A stretch of 60,771 nt of DNA from Candidatus Woesearchaeota archaeon. Its GTDB lineage: Archaea; Nanobdellota; Nanobdellia; SCGC-AAA011-G17; PNOQ01. The stretch is from contig CAZTYO010000001.1 of assembly GCA_964617925.1 (NCBI GenBank), positions 1 to 60,771 on the forward strand, given 5' to 3'. The position numbers and the translations under genes were made by a program. Shown in pieces: positions 9,079 to 18,139 of the stretch. The notes beneath the pieces were generated by a model. That model searched no databases. It was given only the letters and a program-made list of their open reading frames with translations, and had not been told where the DNA came from. Positions within the stretch are counted from its first letter, which is position 1, and each line of letters begins with the position of its first letter.

Positions 9079-9564
9079 ATGGTATTAGATGTTTCAATGT
9101 TTGGCAATTTTTTGCCAGTATTTGTTTTTGTATTGATATTTACGTTATTGTATGCGTTACTTGAAAAAACAAAACTTCTGGGATCAAATAGTAGTTTGAA
9201 TTTTTTAATTAGCATGTCTATTGCATTCATTTCTTTATTTTCTGGAAATGCAATGAAATTAGTGTTGTTTGTTTTGCCTTGGTATATTTTTTTAATGGTT
9301 TTTTTAGTGTCAATATTCAGTTTGTTTTTATTTTATGGAATGAAAGAAGAAGATTTTTTTCCTAAGCCCACCATCATATTTATAGTTATGATGATCTTTT
9401 TAATAATTGGCATTACAAAAGTTTTTGGTCCTGTTTTTACACCTTATGTAGAAGAAGGAACTAGTAATGTATTAAGGACTATTTTTCATCCAAGGGTATT
9501 TGGAGCATTTTTTATATTACTAATATCTTCATTTTTAATAAAGAACATTTCAGAGAATGTTTAA
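9079..9564 (+). CDS. 4-TM membrane protein, paralog 3 of a tandem triplet
   Basis: FLPVFVFVLIFTLLYALLEKTKLLG; same topology but more diverged. Confidence 0.7.
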   Translation: MVLDVSMFGNFLPVFVFVLIFTLLYALLEKTKLLGSNSSLNFLISMSIAFISLFSGNAMKLVLFVLPWYIFLMVFLVSIFSLFLFYGMKEEDFFPKPTIIFIVMMIFLIIGITKVFGPVFTPYVEEGTSNVLRTIFHPRVFGAFFILLISSFLIKNISENV

Positions 9565-9566
9565 AC

Positions 9567-10256
9567 TTATTTTTTTCTCTTTTTCAATTCTTCAGTGATT
9601 TTAGAAAGCTCCTTTATGTTTGTAGTTAAAGGTGTTATGATTTTATTTAGAACTTTTTCAATTGCTTGCATCTCTGTTCCAATATCTCTAATATCTTTTC
9701 CATATTCTTCAACCTTGCCAAGTGACGCAGTTTGTAAATTATCAAATCTTTGTTGAGTTCTCAATATTTCTTGTTTTATTGCTTGTATATCTGTTTCTGT
9801 TTTTTCTTTCCATTTACTGATGTCTCCAAGTCCATGTAATAATTCTGCCCATTTTTCTTTTATTACGGATTCTGCAATTTCTTCTACCATTTCATAGCTT
9901 GCTCTTTCTGCAGGCATAGATTGCATAGATATCAAATCAGAAGATTGAGGATTTGTTGTTATTGGAGTAATTGGGGATGGTTGTTGGGAATTATTTGGTG
10001 TTTCAGATGTAGGAGATGGTGCGTTAGTTAAACCAAGAGGTACGCCCATAGTTCCAGAAGGAGGGAGAGGTGTACTTGAAGTAGTAGTTGCTTCATGCTT
10101 TATATTTGTTTGATCCATTGCACTTGCAATTTGTTCGTGAGAATAAGATTTGTCACTTAGACTTCCAATGATTTGTTCATTTGTTAGTCCTTTTTTTTTC
10201 ATTTCTGAAACTTCGTTGATTGGTGTCTTATTTACATTATCTTTTTGATTTAACAT
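9567..10256 (-). CDS. hypothetical protein: small N-terminal helical domain, P/S/T-rich linker, C-terminal coiled coil
   Basis: Low-complexity TTTSSTPLPPSG...NNSQQPSPITPITTNPQSS linker, followed by a ~110-aa heptad-like region. No TM helix. Confidence 0.6.
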   Translation of the reverse strand: MLNQKDNVNKTPINEVSEMKKKGLTNEQIIGSLSDKSYSHEQIASAMDQTNIKHEATTTSSTPLPPSGTMGVPLGLTNAPSPTSETPNNSQQPSPITPITTNPQSSDLISMQSMPAERASYEMVEEIAESVIKEKWAELLHGLGDISKWKEKTETDIQAIKQEILRTQQRFDNLQTASLGKVEEYGKDIRDIGTEMQAIEKVLNKIITPLTTNIKELSKITEELKKRKK

Positions 10257-10635
10257 TCTTTTGCCTCTTTTTTTCTATTAATTTTAAAACTTCTTCTTCT
10301 GTAACAAAGTTAAATGGGTTCCACATATTAATATATTTTTCTAAAACCTTTAATTGGTCTTTTCTTGCAAAATTTTCTAATTCTTGTACTAAATGTTTTA
10401 CTGTTTCTTTTACTTTAAATATGGATCCTTTTAATTCTTTTATATCTTCATTTAAAGCAGATAATTCACTATTTGTTTTTTTATAGTGATCTATCATGTT
10501 TTGATTCATTACAAACATTCTTTCTCTGTTTGTGCCATATCTTTCTTCTAAAATTCTCAACCTATTGTTTAATTCTATTAAAATTGCATAAGGATCTTGT
10601 TTTTGTTGAGGCGTGGGATTAGTTTGTTGTACCAT
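10237..10635 (-). CDS. hypothetical coiled-coil protein
   Basis: 132 aa, mostly heptad-like (LIELNNRLRILEERY...ELSALNEDIKELKGSIFKVKETVKHLVQELE). Overlaps the downstream gene by 20 nt. Divergent from the pilus ATPase gene. Confidence 0.6.
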   Translation of the reverse strand: MVQQTNPTPQQKQDPYAILIELNNRLRILEERYGTNRERMFVMNQNMIDHYKKTNSELSALNEDIKELKGSIFKVKETVKHLVQELENFARKDQLKVLEKYINMWNPFNFVTEEEVLKLIEKKRQKNVKSKR

Positions 10636-10726
10636 TTTTATTGTTTTAAAACGAAAGTTATTTTAATTTAAAACTATATAAGGTTAATTAATAATAAAAG
10701 TTATGTTATTTTAGCGGAGTAGTAAT

Positions 10727-13009
10727 ATGGCATTCAAGAAAAAATTAAAATCGGGCGAATATGAATTAATTCAAGATGGGCAATTTGATGTAATGAAAGT
10801 GAATTATCTTGGAATCTCACATTCGTCATCTATTTCAGACAGTAAATTTTGTATGTTGGATGTCATTAACAAATTAATTGAAGTTCCAAGTGTGAATAGG
10901 TTAATCATTTCTTCTGAAAAAAATTATCAATATTCTGCTGAACAAATTTCGATGTTAAGGGAAATTGCGAATTTGTATATTTATTTAACTAAACAAAAAA
11001 GAATATTGAGTTTTGGAAGTTTTGGATTAAGTGTTGAATATGCACAAAAATCTCCTTCTAGGTTTTCAGAACTTCAATTTGTTATATCTACTCTTCTTCG
11101 TAGTGATCCAATCGGAGCATATGTAGAATTGAGGAGATTAATTAGGGAACAAAAAATTAGGATTTCTAAACTTCCTACAAAAGATTTGGCAAATGAAGAA
11201 AATGCACATCTCGAGTTGTTAGTTGGAGTGGTAGATTTATTGAAAAAAACTAAATTAATATCTTCTATTCTGGATTTTGTAGATGGGCATGAAATAGGTG
11301 ATCGTTCATTTTACTCTTCCTTATTTAGGCCATTGATTTCTCCAAATTTTATGTTTACTAGACTTATGTCTGAAATTCCATTGGATGGTGAAGAAATTGA
11401 TGCATATAATTTAGATAAAGAAACAGGTATTTCTATTTTTATTACTAAAAATGATATAAAACCTCTTTATCATTTGGATCCACTTGAATTTAATTTACCA
11501 GAAGAAAAAAATGAATTGTTAGATTTAGCTAGATCTGTTTTAGCAGAACATAAACCTGTTACTGAAGAGTTTGTAGATCCAGAAAATATGAGAAGAACAT
11601 TTTTTAATATAGGTAGAGATTTATTAATTGAACTTGCAAAACATAAAAATTATATTATACCTTATGATGAGATAGAAAATCTTGCTAATATTTTGGTTAG
11701 ATATACTGTAGGTTTTGGATTGATTGAATTATTATTAAAAGATCCTAAAATTCAAGATGTCGTTATAAATGGCCCAATCGGAGTAACTCCAATTTTTATT
11801 GTTCATCAAGATTATGGGGAATGTGTTACAAACATAATTCCTAGCAGGGAAGATGGAGAAAGTTGGGCAACGAAATTTAGAATGATTAGTGGCCGTCCAT
11901 TAGATGAAGCTAATCCAGTTTTGGACACTCAGCTTAATGTTCCTGGTGGTCAGGCAAGAGTTGCAATAATTTCTCAACCTCTTAATCCCTTAGGATATGC
12001 ATATGCTTTTAGGAGGCATAGGGAACATCCATGGACATTACCTTTATTTGTTCATAATAAAATGATAAATTCACTTGCTGCAGGTTTGCTTAGTTTTGTA
12101 ATTGATGGTGGAAGAACTATGCTTATTGCTGGAACCAGGAGCAGTGGTAAAACTTCCTTGCTTGGTTCTTGTTTAGTTGAAATTATGAGAAAACATAGAA
12201 TAATTACTGTTGAAGATACCTTAGAATTGCCAGTTAATTCTCTTAGAGATATGGGATATAATATTCAACCTATGAAAGTTAGGGCTGCGTTATCTGAAGG
12301 CGGGGCTGAAATGGCAGCAGAAGAAGGAATTAGAACAAGTTTGCGGCTTGGAGATAGCAGTTTGATAGTTGGAGAAATAAGGAGTAAGGAAGCTTTAGCT
12401 TTATATGAAGCTATGAGAGTTGGTGCCCTTGCTAATGTTGTTGCTGGAACTATCCATGGTGCAAGCCCCTATGGTGTTTATGATAGGGTAGTAAACGATC
12501 TTGGAGTTCCACGTACTAGTTTTAAGGCAACAGATTTGATTATTGTTGTAAATCCTATAAAAACTCCAGATGGTCTCCATAAAATTAAAAGAGTAGTTAG
12601 TATAACTGAAATTAGAAAAGACTGGGAAAAAGATCCGCTTGCTGAAAGAGGTTTTGTCGACCTTATGAAATATAATGCAAAAACTGATCAGTTGGAACCT
12701 ACAGATAATTTAATAAATGGAGATTCCGAAGTTATAAAGAGTATAGCTAGTTCAGTTAAAGAATGGGTTGGAGACTGGGATGCAGTTTGGAATAACATAA
12801 GATTAAGGGCAAAAATAAAACAAAGATTGGTTGATTATGCAGTAGAAAATAAAAATCTTGATCTTTTGGAAGCTCCCTTTGTTATAAACTCAAATGATCA
12901 ATTTCATAAAATATCTGATTCTATTCTAAGAAAAACTGGAAAATCAGATTATGAAAAAGTATATTTCCAATGGAATGAATGGTTAAAGAAACAAATAAAA
13001 AAGAGGTGA
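10727..13009 (+). CDS. type II/IV secretion-family ATPase (archaeal PilB/FlaI-like), long N-terminal extension
   Basis: Walker A (AGTRSSGKTS), the Asp/Glu box region and GEIRSKEALALYEAM, typical of GspE/VirB11/FlaI ATPases. ~330 residues precede the recognisable core. Confidence 0.85.
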   Translation: MAFKKKLKSGEYELIQDGQFDVMKVNYLGISHSSSISDSKFCMLDVINKLIEVPSVNRLIISSEKNYQYSAEQISMLREIANLYIYLTKQKRILSFGSFGLSVEYAQKSPSRFSELQFVISTLLRSDPIGAYVELRRLIREQKIRISKLPTKDLANEENAHLELLVGVVDLLKKTKLISSILDFVDGHEIGDRSFYSSLFRPLISPNFMFTRLMSEIPLDGEEIDAYNLDKETGISIFITKNDIKPLYHLDPLEFNLPEEKNELLDLARSVLAEHKPVTEEFVDPENMRRTFFNIGRDLLIELAKHKNYIIPYDEIENLANILVRYTVGFGLIELLLKDPKIQDVVINGPIGVTPIFIVHQDYGECVTNIIPSREDGESWATKFRMISGRPLDEANPVLDTQLNVPGGQARVAIISQPLNPLGYAYAFRRHREHPWTLPLFVHNKMINSLAAGLLSFVIDGGRTMLIAGTRSSGKTSLLGSCLVEIMRKHRIITVEDTLELPVNSLRDMGYNIQPMKVRAALSEGGAEMAAEEGIRTSLRLGDSSLIVGEIRSKEALALYEAMRVGALANVVAGTIHGASPYGVYDRVVNDLGVPRTSFKATDLIIVVNPIKTPDGLHKIKRVVSITEIRKDWEKDPLAERGFVDLMKYNAKTDQLEPTDNLINGDSEVIKSIASSVKEWVGDWDAVWNNIRLRAKIKQRLVDYAVENKNLDLLEAPFVINSNDQFHKISDSILRKTGKSDYEKVYFQWNEWLKKQIKKR

Positions 13010-15136
13010 ATGATGCCAATATCTGATAAAGAAATTCAAGATATTTTAAATAAATATAAAGTAAAACTTGAAGATAAAGTGAATGTGTCTGATATTAATA
13101 AATATTCTCCTAATCCTGAATTTTCTAAAGAGTATGAACAATTTAAAAAAGAATATATGTCTGCTGGAACAAGTACTTATGAAAAAATGTGTTCTGTTTC
13201 TGAAGGAATTTTAAAAGTTAACCCTTCAAAAAAAGATTATAATAAAATTGAAGAAAGTATTAAATTTACCCATTTGAAAATTACTCCTATTAGTGTTGCA
13301 AGTTTTTCAATGGTTGTTGCAGGAATATTTGTCCTGTTAGCAATTTTAGTTGGTTCAATTGGTTATTTTGTTTTTGAAAATTCTTCATCAATTTTTTTAG
13401 CAGTTTTGTTTGTTATTGGTGCCCTCATTTCTTTAAAATATTTTACAAATTATCCTATCCGTCTTGCTAATCAATGGAGGTTACAAGCTAGTAATCAAAT
13501 GGTATTGTGTATTCTTTATCTTGTTATTTATATGAGGCACACTTCTAATTTTGAAAATGCAATAAAATTTGCTGCAGATCATGTTAAACCTCCTCTCTCT
13601 CTTGACCTTAGAAAGATTTTTTGGGATGTTGAAACTGGAAAATTTTCAACTATGAAGGAATCTTTAGAAAGTTATCTTTCTCATTGGAGGGATTATAATT
13701 TAGAATTTGTCAATTCTTTTCATTTAATTGAAAGTAGTTTATATGAACCAGATGAAGGAAGAAGATTAGAACTTTTAGATAAAGGTTTAAAAGTAATTTT
13801 GGATGGAACTTATGATCGGATGCTTCGTTATGCGCATGATTTGAAAAATCCTATAACTATGCTCCATATGTTGGGAGTAATTTTGCCGATACTTGGATTA
13901 GTAATCTTTCCTCTTATTGGTAGTTTTATGGGTGGAACTGTTAAATGGTGGCACCTTGCAATGTTATATAATCTTGCTCTCCCTGTTATGGTTTTTACTA
14001 TGGGCAATGGCATTTTAAATAAAAGGCCAACTGGCTATGGCGAAAGTTTAGTAGAAGTTAAAACGAAAAAAAATGCTTCTTATTTTGGCTTTTTTTTATT
14101 TGGATTATTCGTTCTTATAGGAATATCTCCATTTATATTACATGCTATAAATCCAGGATATGATATTAATCTTTTTGGTGAGAAATTTCTAGATTTTGAA
14201 TGTTTTCAAACTGGAAAATGTTATGGTCCTTATGGTCTTGGTGCTACATTGTTGGGATTGTTCTTGCCTCTTGGAATTGCATTAGGTTTTGGAATTCATT
14301 TTGTTTCTAGAACAAAAAAAGCAATGAAAATAAGAGATGAAATAAAAAAATTAGAAAGTGAATTTTCTACAAGTTTGTTTCAGCTTGGAACTAGAATTGG
14401 AGATGGTATTCCTACCGAATCTGCTTTTAAAGATGTTGCGGAAACTTTAGGTGGGACTCCCACTGGTAATTTCTTTAGTAGGATTCATGCTAATCTAACT
14501 CAAGGAGGGTTAGGATTAAGGGATGCAATTTTTAATGGAGAAAATGGAGCAATTTTAGATTATAGGACGCCCTTAACTGAAAGTGCGATGGAAGTTCTTG
14601 TTGAAAGTTCAAAGAAAGGTCCGAATGTTGTTTCACAATCAATGATTAGTATTTCAGGTTATGTGGATAAGATCCATAAAATAAATGAAAGATTAAAAGA
14701 TCTTTTGGCAGAAATAATTTCTAGTATGAAAGGACAGATAAAATTTCTTACTCCCATAATTGCCGGAATTGTAGTTGGGATTTCTAGTATGATTGTAAGT
14801 GTAATCTCAAAACTTTCTCTTATGACTAAAGTAGTTCAGTCAGGGGATGATACCTTTGGAGGTGGAATTTCTGGACTGGGGGAATTATTCAATAAAGTAG
14901 ACACCATTCCTAGTTATTTTTTTCAAATTATTGTAGGGGTATATGTTATTCAAATAGTTTATATTTTAACTGTATTATCTAATGGAATTGAATTTGGTGT
15001 TGATAAATTAAATGAAAAAAATAAAGCTGGTAAAAATTTGATAAAGAGTACTCTACTATATTTAATTATATCTTTAGTTGTAATCTTAATGTTTAATGGC
15101 CTAGCATCTTCTATTCTTAGTCTTGATGGAATTTAA
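13010..15136 (+). CDS. polytopic pilus/archaellum platform protein (FlaJ/TadC/PilC-like)
   Basis: Starts directly after the ATPase stop. Has many TM helices separated by two soluble helical segments (for example FSTSLFQLGTRIGDGIPTESAFKDVAETL, T2SSF-like). Confidence 0.6.
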   Translation: MMPISDKEIQDILNKYKVKLEDKVNVSDINKYSPNPEFSKEYEQFKKEYMSAGTSTYEKMCSVSEGILKVNPSKKDYNKIEESIKFTHLKITPISVASFSMVVAGIFVLLAILVGSIGYFVFENSSSIFLAVLFVIGALISLKYFTNYPIRLANQWRLQASNQMVLCILYLVIYMRHTSNFENAIKFAADHVKPPLSLDLRKIFWDVETGKFSTMKESLESYLSHWRDYNLEFVNSFHLIESSLYEPDEGRRLELLDKGLKVILDGTYDRMLRYAHDLKNPITMLHMLGVILPILGLVIFPLIGSFMGGTVKWWHLAMLYNLALPVMVFTMGNGILNKRPTGYGESLVEVKTKKNASYFGFFLFGLFVLIGISPFILHAINPGYDINLFGEKFLDFECFQTGKCYGPYGLGATLLGLFLPLGIALGFGIHFVSRTKKAMKIRDEIKKLESEFSTSLFQLGTRIGDGIPTESAFKDVAETLGGTPTGNFFSRIHANLTQGGLGLRDAIFNGENGAILDYRTPLTESAMEVLVESSKKGPNVVSQSMISISGYVDKIHKINERLKDLLAEIISSMKGQIKFLTPIIAGIVVGISSMIVSVISKLSLMTKVVQSGDDTFGGGISGLGELFNKVDTIPSYFFQIIVGVYVIQIVYILTVLSNGIEFGVDKLNEKNKAGKNLIKSTLLYLIISLVVILMFNGLASSILSLDGI

Positions 15137-15175
15137 TAAAATTTATAAATCTGAAAATATGAATTAATTAGAAAG

Positions 15176-15289
15176 ATGGGTGAAATGGATAAATTTTTGA
15201 AGTATGCATTAAGGACAATATTTGTTTTACTTACATTATTTATATTATATTCCATGATTATGAAAGGGGTGAATTTATTTGTTAAATAA
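15176..15289 (+). CDS. 37-aa micro-ORF, single-TM peptide
   Basis: MGEMDKFLKYALRTIFVLLTLFILYSMIMKGVNLFVK. Not in the ORF track. Overlaps the next gene's TTG start by 11 nt. Confidence 0.35.
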   Translation: MGEMDKFLKYALRTIFVLLTLFILYSMIMKGVNLFVK

Positions 15290-16166
15290 AAAAGCAGGAA
15301 TGGCAATGACTATTGCAGGAATAATAATATTAGTTCTTGCTGCAGGAATTTTCCTATACTGGTTTCTTTTTGAATTTGGTCCTTATGCCGAACAAGGAGT
15401 TGGAAGAGAAGCATGTAGGGATAGTGTTTTTTTGAGAACTCAAGGAAAGATTGCAGGATATACCACTTTTAAAAATTTGGCTTGTGAAACTAGACAAAGA
15501 GAAATTAAAACTGTTGATGAAGATAATATTAAAAAAGCAATTTCTGAAGAAATGTATGATTGTTGGTATCAGTTTGGTGAAGGTAAAAAGGATTTTTTAA
15601 CTGATAGGGATTGGGGATTTGGAAATAATTGGTGTTTTATTTGTTCTAGGATTGATTTTGATGAAAGAGTTAAAGAAGAAATTTCTCAAGTAAATGGTTT
15701 GATGACTTATTTAGATACTACTCCAGTTCCATTTTATAATGGGTCTTTTTTTAATTATTTTTATGGTACTGAAGGAGAAATTGGTGGGCAAATTTTTGAA
15801 GATGACACCTATGCAACTAATGTTCCTCTTTATGTTGCTTTTTTTGGAGATAAGAAAGTAGGAAGTTGGCCAGGCCTTGGAGGAGAAGCAGTTAGCGATG
15901 TTGGGTGGACTGCACTTGTTGGTGGGATTGCAGGTTGTGTGATTTGGGGTACTCTTGGAGCTACTGGTGGAAGTATTGTTCCTATTGCTGGAACTGTTGC
16001 AGGTTTTATTGCTGGTTGTCTGGCTGGGGGTGATACTGGTTTTTATGCCGGGGCCTTAATTGGTGGTGGAAAGGCAGTTTATGATGTTGGAACCCATAAA
16101 AAAGGCTTTTATACTGGATTGTATGTTGGAAATAGTGATGAAATTTTGGAGTCGTGTAATCAATGA
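15279..16166 (+). CDS. pilin-like exported protein with Cys-containing middle domain and C-terminal glycine-zipper membrane segment
   Basis: N-terminus is LNKKA-GMAMTIAGIIILVLAAG (class III signal-like, TTG start; an alternative ATG lies at 15300). The C-terminus has GxxxG-dense hydrophobic repeats (VGGIAGCVIWGTLGATGGSIVPIAGTVAGFIAGCLAGG). Confidence 0.6.
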   Translation: MLNKKAGMAMTIAGIIILVLAAGIFLYWFLFEFGPYAEQGVGREACRDSVFLRTQGKIAGYTTFKNLACETRQREIKTVDEDNIKKAISEEMYDCWYQFGEGKKDFLTDRDWGFGNNWCFICSRIDFDERVKEEISQVNGLMTYLDTTPVPFYNGSFFNYFYGTEGEIGGQIFEDDTYATNVPLYVAFFGDKKVGSWPGLGGEAVSDVGWTALVGGIAGCVIWGTLGATGGSIVPIAGTVAGFIAGCLAGGDTGFYAGALIGGGKAVYDVGTHKKGFYTGLYVGNSDEILESCNQ

Positions 16167-16321
16167 ATAAAAAAGGAGACTTAGTTTGGGATCAGATTGG
16201 GAAATTTATTTTAGCAATTATATTGATGGTAATACTTGCTTTTATTCTTTGGATGCATAAAGATAATATTTTTGAAATGTTTGAAGATTTTAAAACTGTT
16301 TTTAGGTTTGGTGGTAGTTAG
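16163..16321 (+). CDS. 52-aa micro-ORF, pilin-like signal plus amphipathic Phe-rich tail
   Basis: MNKKGDLVWDQIGKFILAIILMVILAFILWMHKDNIFEMFEDFKTVFRFGGS. ATGA overlap with the upstream stop, and its TAG overlaps the next GTG start by 1 nt. Not in the ORF track. Confidence 0.45.
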   Translation: MNKKGDLVWDQIGKFILAIILMVILAFILWMHKDNIFEMFEDFKTVFRFGGS

Positions 16322-17499
16322 TGGAGACTACTATTAAACATATAATTTCGGGAATTTTTGTAGTTATGATTATAGTTTTGGTTGGTTTTTGGGGAAATAG
16401 TACTCTAACGACCTTGGCAAATCAATATGGTTGGGATCTTTTTATTGGTGCAGATGAAATTGCTGCTCAAAAAGATTCAAAAGAAATTTTTGATGATTTA
16501 ACTTTGTCTTTAACCGAATGTATGAGTGACGAAAGTGTTAATTGTTTTTGCATTAAGGAAGAGATAAATCTCCCCACCGATTTCAGACTTGAATTTTCTA
16601 AAAAAGAAAGTAGTACTGATGTTATTTTAAAGTCTTCAAGAGTTACATTGGATGAAAAAAATATTAATTTTATTCCTTGCCTTTTACTTGAACCTTGGCG
16701 TTCGTCAGTTAGTTTGAATGGTCCTTTGACTTTATTATACGGAAATGATAAGATAATTAATAAAGATTATGAAGGTTTTTTTGATTCTTCTTCTGTGTTT
16801 TATAAGATGGAAAATAATAATCTTTGTATTGTTTCTGTTGAAGTTGCTAATTCCTATGATATAATCAGTTTGGAATGTTCTGAAAAAGATGAATCTTTTG
16901 ATTCATGGATTGATGCAGCAATAGTTTTTGATTCTGAAATTGATAATGTCCAATTAAATCAATATGTTTCACTTGCATCAATAAATTCAAATTTTGTGAA
17001 TAATGCAGATAAAATAATTAAGGGAATAATTTATTTAGAATCTTATAATAATGGAATATTCACAAATAGAGAGATATTAAAACACCAAGGAACTGGAAAA
17101 TATTTTGAAGGAAAAGGAAAAGGAATATCTTCACTACAAGTCATTGAATCTGGTCCTGCATATGAAGCTATTGGATCTGATGAAGGTAGGAGAATTTTAA
17201 ATTTATATGGATATTCTGATGTTGATTTCAGTGATGATTATTTGTCTGCTCTTTTAATTAATGATCCAGAATTTTCTATTTCTCTTGCATATGTTTATTT
17301 ATCTAATTCTATTGAAGATTTTTCAAATGTTCAAAATACTAATGATTTGTTTAAGTTATGGTTAATTAATTATAATAAGGCGAGTTTGGAATATGGAGAT
17401 TATGTCAATAAGATAAATCTTTTAAATAGCAGAGTTTTTGATATTGGAATTGAAAATTCGCAAGTCATAAGTGAAGATCAGAATCCTCACAGAATTTAA
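16321..17499 (+). CDS. N-terminally anchored exported protein with C-terminal lytic-transglycosylase (SLT/GH23)-like motif set
   Basis: TM helix IISGIFVVMIIVLVGFW. The C-terminal region has YLES..N, GISSLQV, LINDPEFSISLAYVYL and WLINYNKA, in the order and approximate spacing of the SLT motifs ES / GLMQ / DPxxNIxxGxxYL / AYNAG. Confidence 0.45.
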   Translation: METTIKHIISGIFVVMIIVLVGFWGNSTLTTLANQYGWDLFIGADEIAAQKDSKEIFDDLTLSLTECMSDESVNCFCIKEEINLPTDFRLEFSKKESSTDVILKSSRVTLDEKNINFIPCLLLEPWRSSVSLNGPLTLLYGNDKIINKDYEGFFDSSSVFYKMENNNLCIVSVEVANSYDIISLECSEKDESFDSWIDAAIVFDSEIDNVQLNQYVSLASINSNFVNNADKIIKGIIYLESYNNGIFTNREILKHQGTGKYFEGKGKGISSLQVIESGPAYEAIGSDEGRRILNLYGYSDVDFSDDYLSALLINDPEFSISLAYVYLSNSIEDFSNVQNTNDLFKLWLINYNKASLEYGDYVNKINLLNSRVFDIGIENSQVISEDQNPHRI

Positions 17500-17707
17500 T
17501 AAAATGGAAAATAAAGAGTTAGAACAAAGAAGAATTCCCCTTACAGGTATAAAGTTAAAGGAAAATTTAGATAAAAATAAAGAAGTTGTTAGGGAAGCTA
17601 TAGAAGATCATATGTTTATTATGCCAGCATATTTAAAATTTTTTCATTTTTTTCCTACAATAAAAACTTATTTTAAAGAGAAGGTTAAATCTAAATCAAC
17701 CAAAAAG

Positions 17708-17715
17708 TTTAAATA
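17708..17715 (+). promoter_or_regulatory. TATA-like box in front of the canonical pilin gene
   Basis: TTTAAATA ends 27 nt upstream of the GTG at 17742. It lies in the only long spacer (17500-17741) of the operon. Confidence 0.4.
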
Positions 17716-17741
17716 GTAAATTTGCTAGTTTTTTAGAAGAG

Positions 17742-18107
17742 GTGATTATACTGAAAGTTGATAAAAAAGGTCAAAGTCTTTCAATGAATACAATTATAAT
17801 ATCTATTCTTGTGATATTAGTTTTAGTTATTGTTGCTGGATTTTTTGCAGGTGGGATGACTGGATTAATAAATAAGATGAAGGGAATTTTTGGAGCTCAG
17901 CCAATTGATGCTAGCCAGGCAGTAATGGAATGTAATGGCTATTGTCAGAGTTATGATATAACTGGTGTAGAAAATTACAAAACTAATTTTTGTGGTGATG
18001 TGCTTTTTGATTTAGATACTGATAATGATGGTAAGATGGATACAAGTAAAACTTGCTCTCAACTCGGAGTCATATGTCAAACGATTATAGATGAAGGGGG
18101 ATGTTAA
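17742..18107 (+). CDS. archaeal type IV pilin-like protein (class III signal peptide), Cys-rich globular domain
   Basis: VDKKGQ-SLSMNTIIISILVILVLVIVAG is a textbook KGQ cleavage context plus hydrophobic helix. Six Cys in the ectodomain. The exact start (GTG 17742) is uncertain. Confidence 0.75.
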   Translation: MIILKVDKKGQSLSMNTIIISILVILVLVIVAGFFAGGMTGLINKMKGIFGAQPIDASQAVMECNGYCQSYDITGVENYKTNFCGDVLFDLDTDNDGKMDTSKTCSQLGVICQTIIDEGGC

Positions 18108-18139
18108 CCCTTTCTTTCTATTATTTGGAGATTTGTTAA

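Noticed and set aside
17471-17716. 81-aa ORF in the only long spacer of the pilus operon
   Set aside because: It overlaps the 3' end of the upstream gene. It has no TM or signal, unlike every neighbour, and it is Lys-rich and low-complexity. Its 3' end coincides with the TATA-like box of the pilin gene. It could still be real, starting at the ATG at 17504 (MENKELEQ...), and needs expression data.
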